A DNA stretch of 50,145 bases from positions 1 to 50,145 of the IMG/VR virus record IMGVR_UViG_3300027680_000001. One strand, given 5' to 3'. The translations under genes were made by a program, and so were the position numbers. Shown here piece after piece: positions 1 to 8,058 of this stretch. Each line of letters starts with the position of its first letter. Position 1 is the first letter of the stretch. Origin of the DNA: a virus (lineage: Duplodnaviria; Caudoviricetes). Below the pieces are notes generated by a model. The model saw only the letters and a list, made by a program, of their open reading frames with translations. It was not told the DNA's origin and ran no database searches.

Positions 1-28
1 CGTGATGATCGGGCTGAGATAAACTGAT

Positions 29-457
29 ATGAAACTCTTACTCTTAATTTTGTTGTTGGCGCCAAAGATAGCGACAGTATCTCATCAAGCTACGCTTTAT
101 TATCAGAATACAGCGTGTACTTCGCACAATCCATGCGTTCTGCAAGTGTGGAGAGCGGTGTGTCCTACAGCTACGACGTGTCCTAATTATCAGGAAGGTT
201 CATCCTTATGGATAAGAGTATCTTCCGGGGCAGGATCTGCTACGCCAACGCCTACGGGAACTACGTGGGTATTTAAAGATACAGACCCAATATTGCAAGA
301 TAACACAACATACGCTTATTGTGCTACGAACTCATTTTATAGTAGTACAAATAATCTTTCAGGTTGCTCTGTAGTGTGGAGTGGAACAACATCAGGAGGA
401 TCGAATGCGGGTGTACCTCAATCTCCTACCGTGGGTACTGGCAACAGCGTCAATTAA
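29..457 (+). CDS. Secreted Cys-rich fibronectin type III-like single-domain protein
   Basis: N-terminal MKLLLLILLLAP signal-like peptide. Domain HQATLYY..C..C..QVWRAVC..CP.Y..W.F.DTD..YAY.ATN resembles FN3 (Y-x-V-Y-R, YTD, Y-x-Y-x-V). Paralogous to the next two ORFs. Confidence 0.7.
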   Translation: MKLLLLILLLAPKIATVSHQATLYYQNTACTSHNPCVLQVWRAVCPTATTCPNYQEGSSLWIRVSSGAGSATPTPTGTTWVFKDTDPILQDNTTYAYCATNSFYSSTNNLSGCSVVWSGTTSGGSNAGVPQSPTVGTGNSVN

Positions 458-1217
458 TGCTCAAACAGTGCCTTTCAGCGTATACTTAAACTTCAATAAC
501 CCTTCCTGCGTAACAGGGAATACTTGTTTTCCTACAGTATATCGCACTGTATGCAATACAAATCAAGCATCTTCATGTGCTGCATGGACACCAACAAGCG
601 CGGCTTATACTAAGCTTCCAGCTTCAGATTCCGCGGGTAATTCTTATACAACGAGTACTGTAAGTTCTACGGGAACTACGTTTAAGTATAGGGATGATGG
701 AACTATATCTAAGAATCTAGGCTACGGAGTTATGTATCAATACGCAGTTACAAACAGCTTCGCTGCATATCCTTCAAACGCTAGTCCTGCTACTGTGGTT
801 AATATAATAACTCCAATCGCACATCAAGCTACTTTGAATTACTCTAATGGAGCTTGCACAAGCGCTTCATTACAATGCTCTATTCAAGTATATAGAGCCC
901 AATGCTCTAGCTCTACGAGTTGTCCTTCTTATTCCCCAGGATCTTCCTCTTTTAAAGCTCTCAATATGCTCTCTAATCTCACTTCCACAGTTGGAACTCA
1001 AGGCACTTCTTGGGTATATCAAGATCTTGATGTAGTTCTCGCGAATTCTACAACATATGTTTGGGTAGCAACAAACACTTTTGTAAACGGCTCTACGCCT
1101 AGTGCAGCTTCCTCTCCCTATATAGGGACAACCGCAGCAACAAGATCAAAAGGAGTCACAAATGCGAAACCTTATGTTGTTCCCCCTCCTACTAATCTCC
1201 GCAGTGTCGCTAAGTAG
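405..1217 (+). CDS. Secreted protein with two tandem Cys-rich FN3-like domains
   Basis: Start reassigned to ATG 405 (GGAGG upstream). Signal peptide MRVYLNLLPWVLATASINA|Q. Two copies of the same domain. Confidence 0.7.
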   Translation: MRVYLNLLPWVLATASINAQTVPFSVYLNFNNPSCVTGNTCFPTVYRTVCNTNQASSCAAWTPTSAAYTKLPASDSAGNSYTTSTVSSTGTTFKYRDDGTISKNLGYGVMYQYAVTNSFAAYPSNASPATVVNIITPIAHQATLNYSNGACTSASLQCSIQVYRAQCSSSTSCPSYSPGSSSFKALNMLSNLTSTVGTQGTSWVYQDLDVVLANSTTYVWVATNTFVNGSTPSAASSPYIGTTAATRSKGVTNAKPYVVPPPTNLRSVAK

Positions 1218-1608
1218 TCAGGTAAAGACCGTAACAGGTCCTCATCAAGCAGTACTTAATTGGAGCAATCCAGTTTGTACTACCAACGCGCAATGCTCTA
1301 TCCAAGTCTATAGGGCTACCTGCACTTCAGCTACATCTTGCCCCGCGTACTCTGCCGGTTCTTCTGCTTGGAAAGCGTTGGATATGACTGCGAACTTAGT
1401 TCCAACCATAGGTTCAAATGGATCTTCGTGGAACTATATCGATAAGGACACAGCACTCCAAGACAGTACTACATATGCCTGGGTTGCTACTAATACCTAT
1501 GTAGGTGGAACAGTGGCTTCTGGCGCTAGCGCAAACTATGTTGGAAGTACTAACAATGGTACTCCAACAGCGCCGACGCTTTCTTCTAATGGAAACTCTG
1601 TGAATTAA
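1162..1608 (+). CDS. Secreted Cys-rich FN3-like single-domain protein
   Basis: AGGAG RBS; signal peptide MRNLMLFPLLLISAVSLSS|Q. Close paralog of domain 2 of the previous ORF. Ends GNSVN like ORF 29..457. Confidence 0.7.
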   Translation: MRNLMLFPLLLISAVSLSSQVKTVTGPHQAVLNWSNPVCTTNAQCSIQVYRATCTSATSCPAYSAGSSAWKALDMTANLVPTIGSNGSSWNYIDKDTALQDSTTYAWVATNTYVGGTVASGASANYVGSTNNGTPTAPTLSSNGNSVN

Positions 1609-1609
1609 G

Positions 1610-1764
1610 TTTCCCGACAAATCTAAACTGCGAAGTCTGAGGGCGATGCTTAACCAAAGGGGAGAACGAAAAACTCGACGAGCCAAAAAATGTGATGTGA
1701 TTTCTACTGCTGATACTGTTGTGAAACACTCAGGTAAGAAACAGGCTTCGCAGTTGTCGGGAAA
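1610..1764 (+). ncRNA. Candidate structured RNA element (long closing stem)
   Basis: TTTCCCGACAA (1610-1620) and AACTGCGAAGTCTG (1626-1639) pair with CAGGCTTCGCAGTTGTCGGGAAA (1742-1764), with a G-U pair on the + strand. The interval is non-coding. Confidence 0.4.
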
Positions 1765-1776
1765 AAGGAGAGAAAT

Positions 1777-2181
1777 ATGAAAAGTATTTTAACTCTAACT
1801 CTGTTGTTTCAACTCTTACCTCCTGTGTCTGTTCCTACTTATGAGATAGATTTGTCTCAACCTATGCCTAAAGTACAAAAGCTAATGGATCAATGTATAG
1901 CATCGACTCCACAGAGAGAGTGTAGATTTGTATTTAAGCCCGGAACATACTATCTTTATGAGAGTTTATGGATTCACACAGGAGGAGAATACCTTGTCTT
2001 TACCGGCGTGACCTTAATTCCTTGCGCTAAAATGAATTACATCGTCCATATGCCCTATGATGCTAATATCATTCCCTACGATCCAAGCACTATTTTTAAA
2101 TTAATCTTCATGCCCTGTGGAACATTCTCAGGTAATGCTGCTGACATTCAACCTATAGAATGGGAGACACCTGGAAAATGA
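1777..2181 (+). CDS. Hypothetical protein with signal-like N-terminus
   Basis: AGGAG RBS; hydrophobic MKSILTLTLLFQLLPP. FVFKPGTYYL resembles the N-cap of beta-helix/pectate-lyase-like proteins. Confidence 0.55.
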   Translation: MKSILTLTLLFQLLPPVSVPTYEIDLSQPMPKVQKLMDQCIASTPQRECRFVFKPGTYYLYESLWIHTGGEYLVFTGVTLIPCAKMNYIVHMPYDANIIPYDPSTIFKLIFMPCGTFSGNAADIQPIEWETPGK

Positions 2182-2294
2182 AAAGAATAGAGTTCATTCT
2201 ATCTTTAATAGCATTCCTCGCACAGGCTAAGAAACCACATCCAAAACCTCCCCCTCCGCCCAAACCAGGTCCGGGGACTAACACAATTTCGTAG
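2178..2294 (+). CDS. 38-aa signal-peptide plus Pro/Lys-rich peptide (not in ORF track)
   Basis: ATGA overlap with the previous stop; translates as MKRIEFILSLIAFLAQAKKPHPKPPPPPKPGPGTNTIS. Confidence 0.5.
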   Translation: MKRIEFILSLIAFLAQAKKPHPKPPPPPKPGPGTNTIS

Positions 2295-2303
2295 GAGCAG
2301 CAG

Positions 2304-2924
2304 ATGTTAAAAGCTAAACCACCCAATCCTCCGAGCGTTGAGCAGATAGCCGCAGCTGCTCTTATTTTGCTCCAAAAGTTGGCTAATCAAACAGATGAGA
2401 TAGAACCTCTTCTCAAGAGAATCTCTGCAAAGCAAGATGAAACAAACGCCTTATTGCAGAAAATTCTCTCCGCTGTCAGTGGGCCTCCAAAACCTCCTGT
2501 CAAAAAGTTAACTACGATCAAACTCATCTTTAAGGAGATTCCTGTGTCAACAACACCCCCAATTCCTATCACACCCCCGGTAGTTTTAACCCAAGCTGGT
2601 CAGCAAGTTCAAGCGCAAGTTATTGGATTTGATCAGTTTGGAAATCCATGGGCAGATATACTGCCAGATTACACTCTCACAAATGATAATGAGAGTGCAG
2701 CTACGCTTGATACTACAACAGGGCTTGTCACTGCTGTAGCAGATGGCGTTGCTAATATCACCGGTGAACTTACAACAGCGGAAGGACTTGATCTTACAGA
2801 TACAGAGAGTATAACTGTATCTATCGCTGCTGTTCCGCCAGTTCTAACCACAATTCAGGTTGTCTTTACTGCTCCTCCTGGGAAGAAAGCTCCAGTTAAA
2901 GGCAAGCCTGTAGTTAGGAGGTAG
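2304..2924 (+). CDS. Coiled-coil plus bacterial Ig-like (Big_2-like) domain protein
   Basis: AGGAG RBS; N-terminal heptad helix; Ig motif GFDQFGNP..DNESAATLD..GLVTAVADGVANITG. Second in-frame RBS and GTG at 2544. Confidence 0.7.
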   Translation: MLKAKPPNPPSVEQIAAAALILLQKLANQTDEIEPLLKRISAKQDETNALLQKILSAVSGPPKPPVKKLTTIKLIFKEIPVSTTPPIPITPPVVLTQAGQQVQAQVIGFDQFGNPWADILPDYTLTNDNESAATLDTTTGLVTAVADGVANITGELTTAEGLDLTDTESITVSIAAVPPVLTTIQVVFTAPPGKKAPVKGKPVVRR

Positions 2925-2926
2925 AA

Positions 2927-3109
2927 GTGGTATCACTTCTAATCACAGCGCTGTTGATTGTAATAATTGCAGGACTGGCGTTTTGGGTTTTGAGATTATT
3001 GCCTTTGCCTGCGCCTTGGGGAAATGTAGCACAGATATTATTAGGAATTATCGTTGCGATAGTTCTTATTATATATGTGCTAATGCCTCTATTACATCAT
3101 TTTCATTAA
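2927..3109 (+). CDS. Small two-TM membrane protein (possible holin-like)
   Basis: GGAGG RBS; two hydrophobic helices separated by PLPAPW; last gene of the + strand operon. Confidence 0.55.
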   Translation: MVSLLITALLIVIIAGLAFWVLRLLPLPAPWGNVAQILLGIIVAIVLIIYVLMPLLHHFH

Positions 3110-3112
3110 ACA

Positions 3113-3141
3113 AAATCCCCCGCCGTTTAAGCGGGGGATTT
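3113..3141. terminator. Bidirectional intrinsic terminator between convergent blocks
   Basis: AAATCCCCCGC-cgtttaa-GCGGGGGATTT with A-rich and T-rich flanks. Confidence 0.8.
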
Positions 3142-3148
3142 CTTTGCT

Positions 3149-3304
3149 CTAATGCGATTCGTCAGAGCTTTTTTTCTTCTTCCCCGATCTTCGCGCTGTT
3201 TCTAAAGAAGCTGCAACTGCTTGCTGTTGATTGTGTCCACTTGCCTTCATTTCTCTAATATTTTCAGAAATGACTTTTTTAGATTTTCCTTTTTTGAGTG
3301 GCAT
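3149..3304 (-). CDS. Small basic phage protein (MPLKKGKSKKVISENIRE-type; not in ORF track)
   Basis: 51 aa MPLKKGKSKKVISENIREMKASGHNQQQAVAASLETARRSGKKKKSSDESH; AGGAG RBS; N-terminal motif typical of a common small phage protein. Confidence 0.7.
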   Translation of the reverse strand: MPLKKGKSKKVISENIREMKASGHNQQQAVAASLETARRSGKKKKSSDESH

Positions 3305-3320
3305 ATTTCATCTCCTTTTT

Positions 3321-4058
3321 TCATTTGTCTCCCTCCAGGATGATAAAATCGAACGCCGCGAGGTCCCCTCCTCCTGTAATCTTGCACCAAGCTTGATGAG
3401 CATCCATAACCTTGAACATCAATCCGGCTTTGGTGGGTATTAAAGATCCCGCATACGGCCCAAAGAGTATACGATCTCCAATTTTATAATGAAGATTCTT
3501 ACACTCTTTTCCAATGCTAACAACAACTCCCGAAGTAGGGAGATTCTTAGCATTATCCGGTAGATGAAGCAATGCGCCGAGTCCTTTGCACTTTGAACAC
3601 TCTTGTTCATATTTCTGAGACTCGGGCACTCCGTTACATTCCCCGCAAACCATAGATTCGCGCGCAAGAGCTACATCTTCTCCAATTGAAGCTTTGATAT
3701 AATCAAGATCCTCAGAGCTATATTTCAATCCTCTGTGTCCTCCTTTCTCACAGGAACAAATGTGTAGAATAACTTTCTTTCCTTTGCATTCTTTGCATTC
3801 GTAGCCGCTCTTAAAAACATCAATGGAAACAAGAATTTTTTCTCCGAGAGCTTCGAATTTGTACGGAAAGCCCGGAAAAGCAACTTCGTTCGTTTCGTCG
3901 AGAACAATTTCAGTCGTACTTCGAGTTTCATTCTCTTTCTCGATCCTTTCGATGAGTTGTTTTACTCCCTTCGCTTGAATCTCAGTTCCACTCTGCGGGG
4001 AACCAACGTTGTGAATTGTGTGCTTTGTTTGTCCTACTTGATAGTTGATATCACTCAT
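3321..4058 (-). CDS. groES: GroES/Cpn10-like co-chaperonin with inserted DnaJ-type zinc finger
   Basis: FEALGEKILV (GroES KPLGDRVLV), LPDNAKNLPTSGVVVSIG, KIGDRILFGPYAGS. Insert contains CKECKG, CSC, CGECNG and CSKCKGLG. Confidence 0.8.
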   Translation of the reverse strand: MSDINYQVGQTKHTIHNVGSPQSGTEIQAKGVKQLIERIEKENETRSTTEIVLDETNEVAFPGFPYKFEALGEKILVSIDVFKSGYECKECKGKKVILHICSCEKGGHRGLKYSSEDLDYIKASIGEDVALARESMVCGECNGVPESQKYEQECSKCKGLGALLHLPDNAKNLPTSGVVVSIGKECKNLHYKIGDRILFGPYAGSLIPTKAGLMFKVMDAHQAWCKITGGGDLAAFDFIILEGDK

Positions 4059-5317
4059 GGTTTTCCTCTCCCGTTTTTGTTAGCGTCTACCCAATAAGTC
4101 ACTTTTCCTCTTGTTATTGGCACGACATAACCTGCCGTTTCAAGAGTATAAAGAACTCGTTGGAGATTTTCAAACGTTATGTTTGTGTGAAGTTGACGCA
4201 TAAGTTCTTTCTGATTTGCCATTCCCATTTTTTCAATAAAGCTCCGAACTTTCCCTATTGCGGGAGCTAATTCTGATTCTCCAGCGCCTCTGAAAACTTT
4301 TTCAAGATCACATAATACTGTTTTTATATATGAAATTGAATTATCCATATCATAACCATCAATAATAAGAGAATCATTTCGTGAGGCTGATATTATCATA
4401 GCTAATTTTAAGACGTGGGCGCGAACACGAGTCTTAAAGTAGCGAACAGAGAGATTATCAGAAGAATCATCTGGCCTATTAGCCTTAATAAAATTTTCAA
4501 ACTTAATGCGCGCTTCTGTGTTGTAGGTATATTCTCCTGCAATATTGTATGCAATATGCTCCAAGTCGTTTTTAATAGCCGCCAAAAGAGCCATAGATTG
4601 AGGGTTTGAATCAATAGGAGGAGGAAATATAAGCTCTCTCGCGGGTGTATCAGCATAAATAAAAAGACAACGAGAGGAGAAACCCCCTTTAATCGGGAGT
4701 GATGTATTTCGATCAATGTTTTGAATAAAGTCTGGAACGGTACCCCCGATAAGAGAAGTACACATGGATTTAACGTTAGAAGAGCCTTTGTTTTTTGTTT
4801 CATATTCATAATCATACCTATCCCAAGTGTCGGTGAGAAATGTCAACATCCAATCACTTGCTGTGGTAAGAACTTGAAGTTCAGTACTGAATATAGTACA
4901 TGTATGATCTACTGCTCCTCCTATTATTAATTGCTGATTAACTATCTGAGGTACAGAAGAATTCCATCCAACCGCTATCTTCTCTAAAATTCTCGGCGCT
5001 GTAATGCGATCTTGTACTATATTTACAAGCGGATTTACTGGTTTTTCTCTTATTATTCCCCATGAAAAGTTCATTGCTGTTCCTTTTCCTATTCCTGGTG
5101 GAGAAACTAAAACAATATATTGATTTGGATGTAATGTGTATAGTCCGTCTTTTATGAAAACATGATTCTTGAGAACTCCACCAATAATTGAAAATGCACT
5201 CCAGATAATGAATTTATCTGGAGCTTCTGTGTGTGGAGAGGCACAACGTAAAAGTGCATCATAGACTGAGAGTTTTAATTGCCTCGGCATTGAGAATACC
5301 ACGCTTTGTTTCTTCAT
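4055..5317 (-). CDS. DUF3987-like P-loop helicase/ATPase with C-terminal winged helix
   Basis: Walker A VSPPGIGKGT; GFSSR arginine-finger-like motif; LKLAMI helix; adjacent to the DNA polymerase. Confidence 0.65.
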   Translation of the reverse strand: MKKQSVVFSMPRQLKLSVYDALLRCASPHTEAPDKFIIWSAFSIIGGVLKNHVFIKDGLYTLHPNQYIVLVSPPGIGKGTAMNFSWGIIREKPVNPLVNIVQDRITAPRILEKIAVGWNSSVPQIVNQQLIIGGAVDHTCTIFSTELQVLTTASDWMLTFLTDTWDRYDYEYETKNKGSSNVKSMCTSLIGGTVPDFIQNIDRNTSLPIKGGFSSRCLFIYADTPARELIFPPPIDSNPQSMALLAAIKNDLEHIAYNIAGEYTYNTEARIKFENFIKANRPDDSSDNLSVRYFKTRVRAHVLKLAMIISASRNDSLIIDGYDMDNSISYIKTVLCDLEKVFRGAGESELAPAIGKVRSFIEKMGMANQKELMRQLHTNITFENLQRVLYTLETAGYVVPITRGKVTYWVDANKNGRGKP

Positions 5318-6737
5318 TGAGTCTCTCGAAAGTATCGCGAACGCAAGCTTCGCTGAAATCTTTCAACTTAAGCGCATGAGAGAAAGAGTATCCTATCTTA
5401 GCCTCAATAGGGATCTCAATTTCAATTCCATTGTGAAATAGGATTTTCCTATCAAAAGCTTTAAGTGTTCTGTCAAGGCTCTTGCAAATATCCACAACGT
5501 TTGCAGGTATGTCTTGTACGATGCTATCATGCCCTTCCTGCACAATGAATCTATCCATACTTGTGGTCTCCAAGATAAGGACAGCAAAGCCAGTGTTGTC
5601 TCCCACAACAGATTGAGGAATAAATGCATATGCTTCTTTAAAGATTGTATTGTTATAATCTCCTGGCCTTGCTCCGAGTATTTGACGTTCTCTTCCAAAA
5701 GGCGTGATAAGGACTCTTGTATTCGAGATGGTGTTTTGGACATATTTATGAAACACTCCTTTCACATTTGGCTCGACTATATCTACTTTTTTAAGAAGTA
5801 CATCGCAAGAGGGTATAGAAATACTATACCCCTCTTTTGCGAGTTCGTCACTCATTCGCGGTGCCGTCATATCATAATTATGAGCATGGCGAGTTTTCTT
5901 ACCAAGATATCGCTCCATAGAATCTTTCCACTCCCTCTCGCTACGCGAAGCGATAGGAATGCCAAAGATCATAGAAGCGAGCTTAGTATGTCTATCCACT
6001 CCACTCTTTAACTCTTGGAGAGCATTATAGTTCTGCGAGAGTGCCTGTACAGGCCAATCCTCCGCAGAGACTTGATCTACAAAGAGAAATATATTCCCCT
6101 CTCTCGCTATAAGGGCGTCTCTGAAGAGGGAAGCTGTTGAAGAGTGTTCTGGGAAATTTTGACCGTTGTTGCCAAATCCAAAAGGATGTTTTCTGCTACC
6201 TCTGCGTCCTGTAACAGTCCCTGCAGCATTATATACAGAAAGGAAGTAGTTCTCTCCTCCTCTGGGAAGGAGCCTTGCTCCAAGATAACCTGACTTAAGT
6301 TTACCAAGCTCTCGTACTTTAAGAATAGCCTTGATAGCGGGATCACCGCCGGGATATCCGAATTGATTTGTTGATAGCATTTTTTGGAGAGCAAGCTCTC
6401 CGGTGGAGTAAGTGGCCTCATAATCTCCTTCTTCATTCTTTTTGGGAATCTTGGGAACGGAATATCCAAGGTCTTTGAGTTTTTTGAGTAGGGCATATTC
6501 TCCTTGAGTTGCGTTAAGGTTGACAGCACCATTAGTTCCAGGATTGTTATCTTTTCCGATAAATACATTGCATCCCCATTGAGTAGTTGCGATTGAAAGA
6601 TTGCGCGATATCTCAGAGGAGACAATAGCGCGCGCTTTTTTTAACTTCTCTATATCAACTCGAATACCTCTATTAGAGATATCATAATATACACATTGAA
6701 GAGCGTGCTCGTGTCGAGATGTTATTCTGAATTCCAT
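5259..6737 (-). CDS. polA: Family A DNA polymerase, polymerase domain only
   Basis: TVTGRRGS, NGQNFP, motif A FVDQVSAE, motif B RYLGKKTRHAHNY, TPFGRER, motif C EGHDSIV; own RBS AGAGGA. Confidence 0.9.
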   Translation of the reverse strand: MEFRITSRHEHALQCVYYDISNRGIRVDIEKLKKARAIVSSEISRNLSIATTQWGCNVFIGKDNNPGTNGAVNLNATQGEYALLKKLKDLGYSVPKIPKKNEEGDYEATYSTGELALQKMLSTNQFGYPGGDPAIKAILKVRELGKLKSGYLGARLLPRGGENYFLSVYNAAGTVTGRRGSRKHPFGFGNNGQNFPEHSSTASLFRDALIAREGNIFLFVDQVSAEDWPVQALSQNYNALQELKSGVDRHTKLASMIFGIPIASRSEREWKDSMERYLGKKTRHAHNYDMTAPRMSDELAKEGYSISIPSCDVLLKKVDIVEPNVKGVFHKYVQNTISNTRVLITPFGRERQILGARPGDYNNTIFKEAYAFIPQSVVGDNTGFAVLILETTSMDRFIVQEGHDSIVQDIPANVVDICKSLDRTLKAFDRKILFHNGIEIEIPIEAKIGYSFSHALKLKDFSEACVRDTFERLNEETKRGILNAEAIKTLSL

Positions 6738-6738
6738 C

Positions 6739-7839
6739 TTATCCTCTTAAATGTGGTCTATCATTAAACTCTTTCTCTTGCGCTTCGAATACTTCGTATG
6801 TAACAGTCACATCTAAAGCGTTGTAATGCATGAGATCTTTCATGTGTTTTATATTCCAATGTTTTCCCTCATCCTTATAAAATGGTTGTCTTGTATATTG
6901 TCTCGTGAGAAATTGTAATTTGTGAGGAAGCTCCGGCCACAATATATGATGCCTGATTAGAGTATCCTGCACTTGCTTAGGCATTATATCGAATCCTACC
7001 GCTCTTTGATAGTAAGTATCGAAGTTAATAAAATTTTGTCCGATGATTCTTGCCTGAGAGATGATATCATCGTATGCTCTCCACAAAATTTTAGTCTCTT
7101 CGATGCTGTCACGATATAGTTTGAATGATACCCCGAAATTAGCCGAATCTGCGAGTCCAATGACGATAGCAAAACCTGGGTGAGGAAAGAGCTTTGATTC
7201 TTTTTTTGGATAGACCGTTTCAATATCATTAGAGAGATACTTTGCTCTGGAAAATTTTTCGAAGTGGCTAAGTAGCTCGTTAAGGTCAATTCTGTCATCG
7301 CAGATCAATCTCCTTTCACGAAGTGGCTGTATTTTGCCTGTCGCTTTCCAATAAAGGAACTCATCGCGCATTTTTTGCATATCTATATATGTTGTTATAT
7401 TCCTCTCTGTCCAATCTTGTGAGCACTTATCTGGCCCATATATAGGCATCATATAATGAGGATAGGAAAATCTATCAGAACTCATAAGAGATCCTACATA
7501 TTTATTTAATTGTGTTTTATAATTCTCCTTCGTGCTTCGTGGCCTCATTTCCATAAAATAATGAGAACCAACTTCGTTAACCAAGAAGATAAAAGGAGGC
7601 ATGTAATTGAGAATAGCACTATCAATAGAAGCATACAACAAAGGATCATCACTATCCGGCCTGCGAGCACACACATATATATCAAATATGCTAAGCCCGG
7701 CCTCTGAGAGCATCTTCTCAAGGACATAACCCATTCCTCCTGACATCAAATATCCTTTTGGAACATCGCTTGGAAATGGATGATCAATTATAAGCCAGAT
7801 TCGACTGTTTGGATCTCCGCGTGTGTGAATGAGAGGCAT
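6739..7839 (-). CDS. Degenerate family-4 uracil-DNA-glycosylase-like domain fused to 3'-5' exonuclease (N-terminal half of split PolA)
   Basis: RGDPNSRIWLIIDHP..G..L..ML.EAGL..IYV (UDG-F4-like fold); ExoI NDIET, ExoII GQNFINFD, ExoIII YNALD. Confidence 0.8.
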   Translation of the reverse strand: MPLIHTRGDPNSRIWLIIDHPFPSDVPKGYLMSGGMGYVLEKMLSEAGLSIFDIYVCARRPDSDDPLLYASIDSAILNYMPPFIFLVNEVGSHYFMEMRPRSTKENYKTQLNKYVGSLMSSDRFSYPHYMMPIYGPDKCSQDWTERNITTYIDMQKMRDEFLYWKATGKIQPLRERRLICDDRIDLNELLSHFEKFSRAKYLSNDIETVYPKKESKLFPHPGFAIVIGLADSANFGVSFKLYRDSIEETKILWRAYDDIISQARIIGQNFINFDTYYQRAVGFDIMPKQVQDTLIRHHILWPELPHKLQFLTRQYTRQPFYKDEGKHWNIKHMKDLMHYNALDVTVTYEVFEAQEKEFNDRPHLRG

Positions 7840-8058
7840 TTAGTTCTCCTCAAACTTCTGAATGAATTCACGAAGCAGTTTGATATAATCATCGCGCTTT
7901 ATAGAGGAAACATAAAAGATTCCTCCGCCTTCGCTATAATTAGCAATATGGAGAGCAAATCCATATCCTTCAGGCATAATCTTCTTAAGTATTCTTCCGA
8001 TGTTTGTAAGGAGATCCTCAACTTCTTGATTTCTTACTTCGTAATAAGGTTCTGGCAT
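7840..8058 (-). CDS. Hypothetical protein
   Basis: GGAGG RBS; 72 aa; tightly packed in the operon. Confidence 0.65.
   Translation of the reverse strand: MPEPYYEVRNQEVEDLLTNIGRILKKIMPEGYGFALHIANYSEGGGIFYVSSIKRDDYIKLLREFIQKFEEN

Noticed and set aside
29-1608. Diversity-generating retroelement or CRISPR-like repeats
   Set aside because: The repeats are diverged protein-domain paralogues; no reverse transcriptase, adenine-specific TR/VR pair or spacer array.
1700-1735. Hammerhead ribozyme (CTGATAC...GAAAC)
   Set aside because: The core is not CUGANGA and no proper stem II or flanking stems are evident.
6725-6750. Stop readthrough or alternative genetic code joining exonuclease and polymerase
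   Set aside because: The two ORFs are in different frames, the polymerase has its own RBS, and all three stop codons end genes normally elsewhere.
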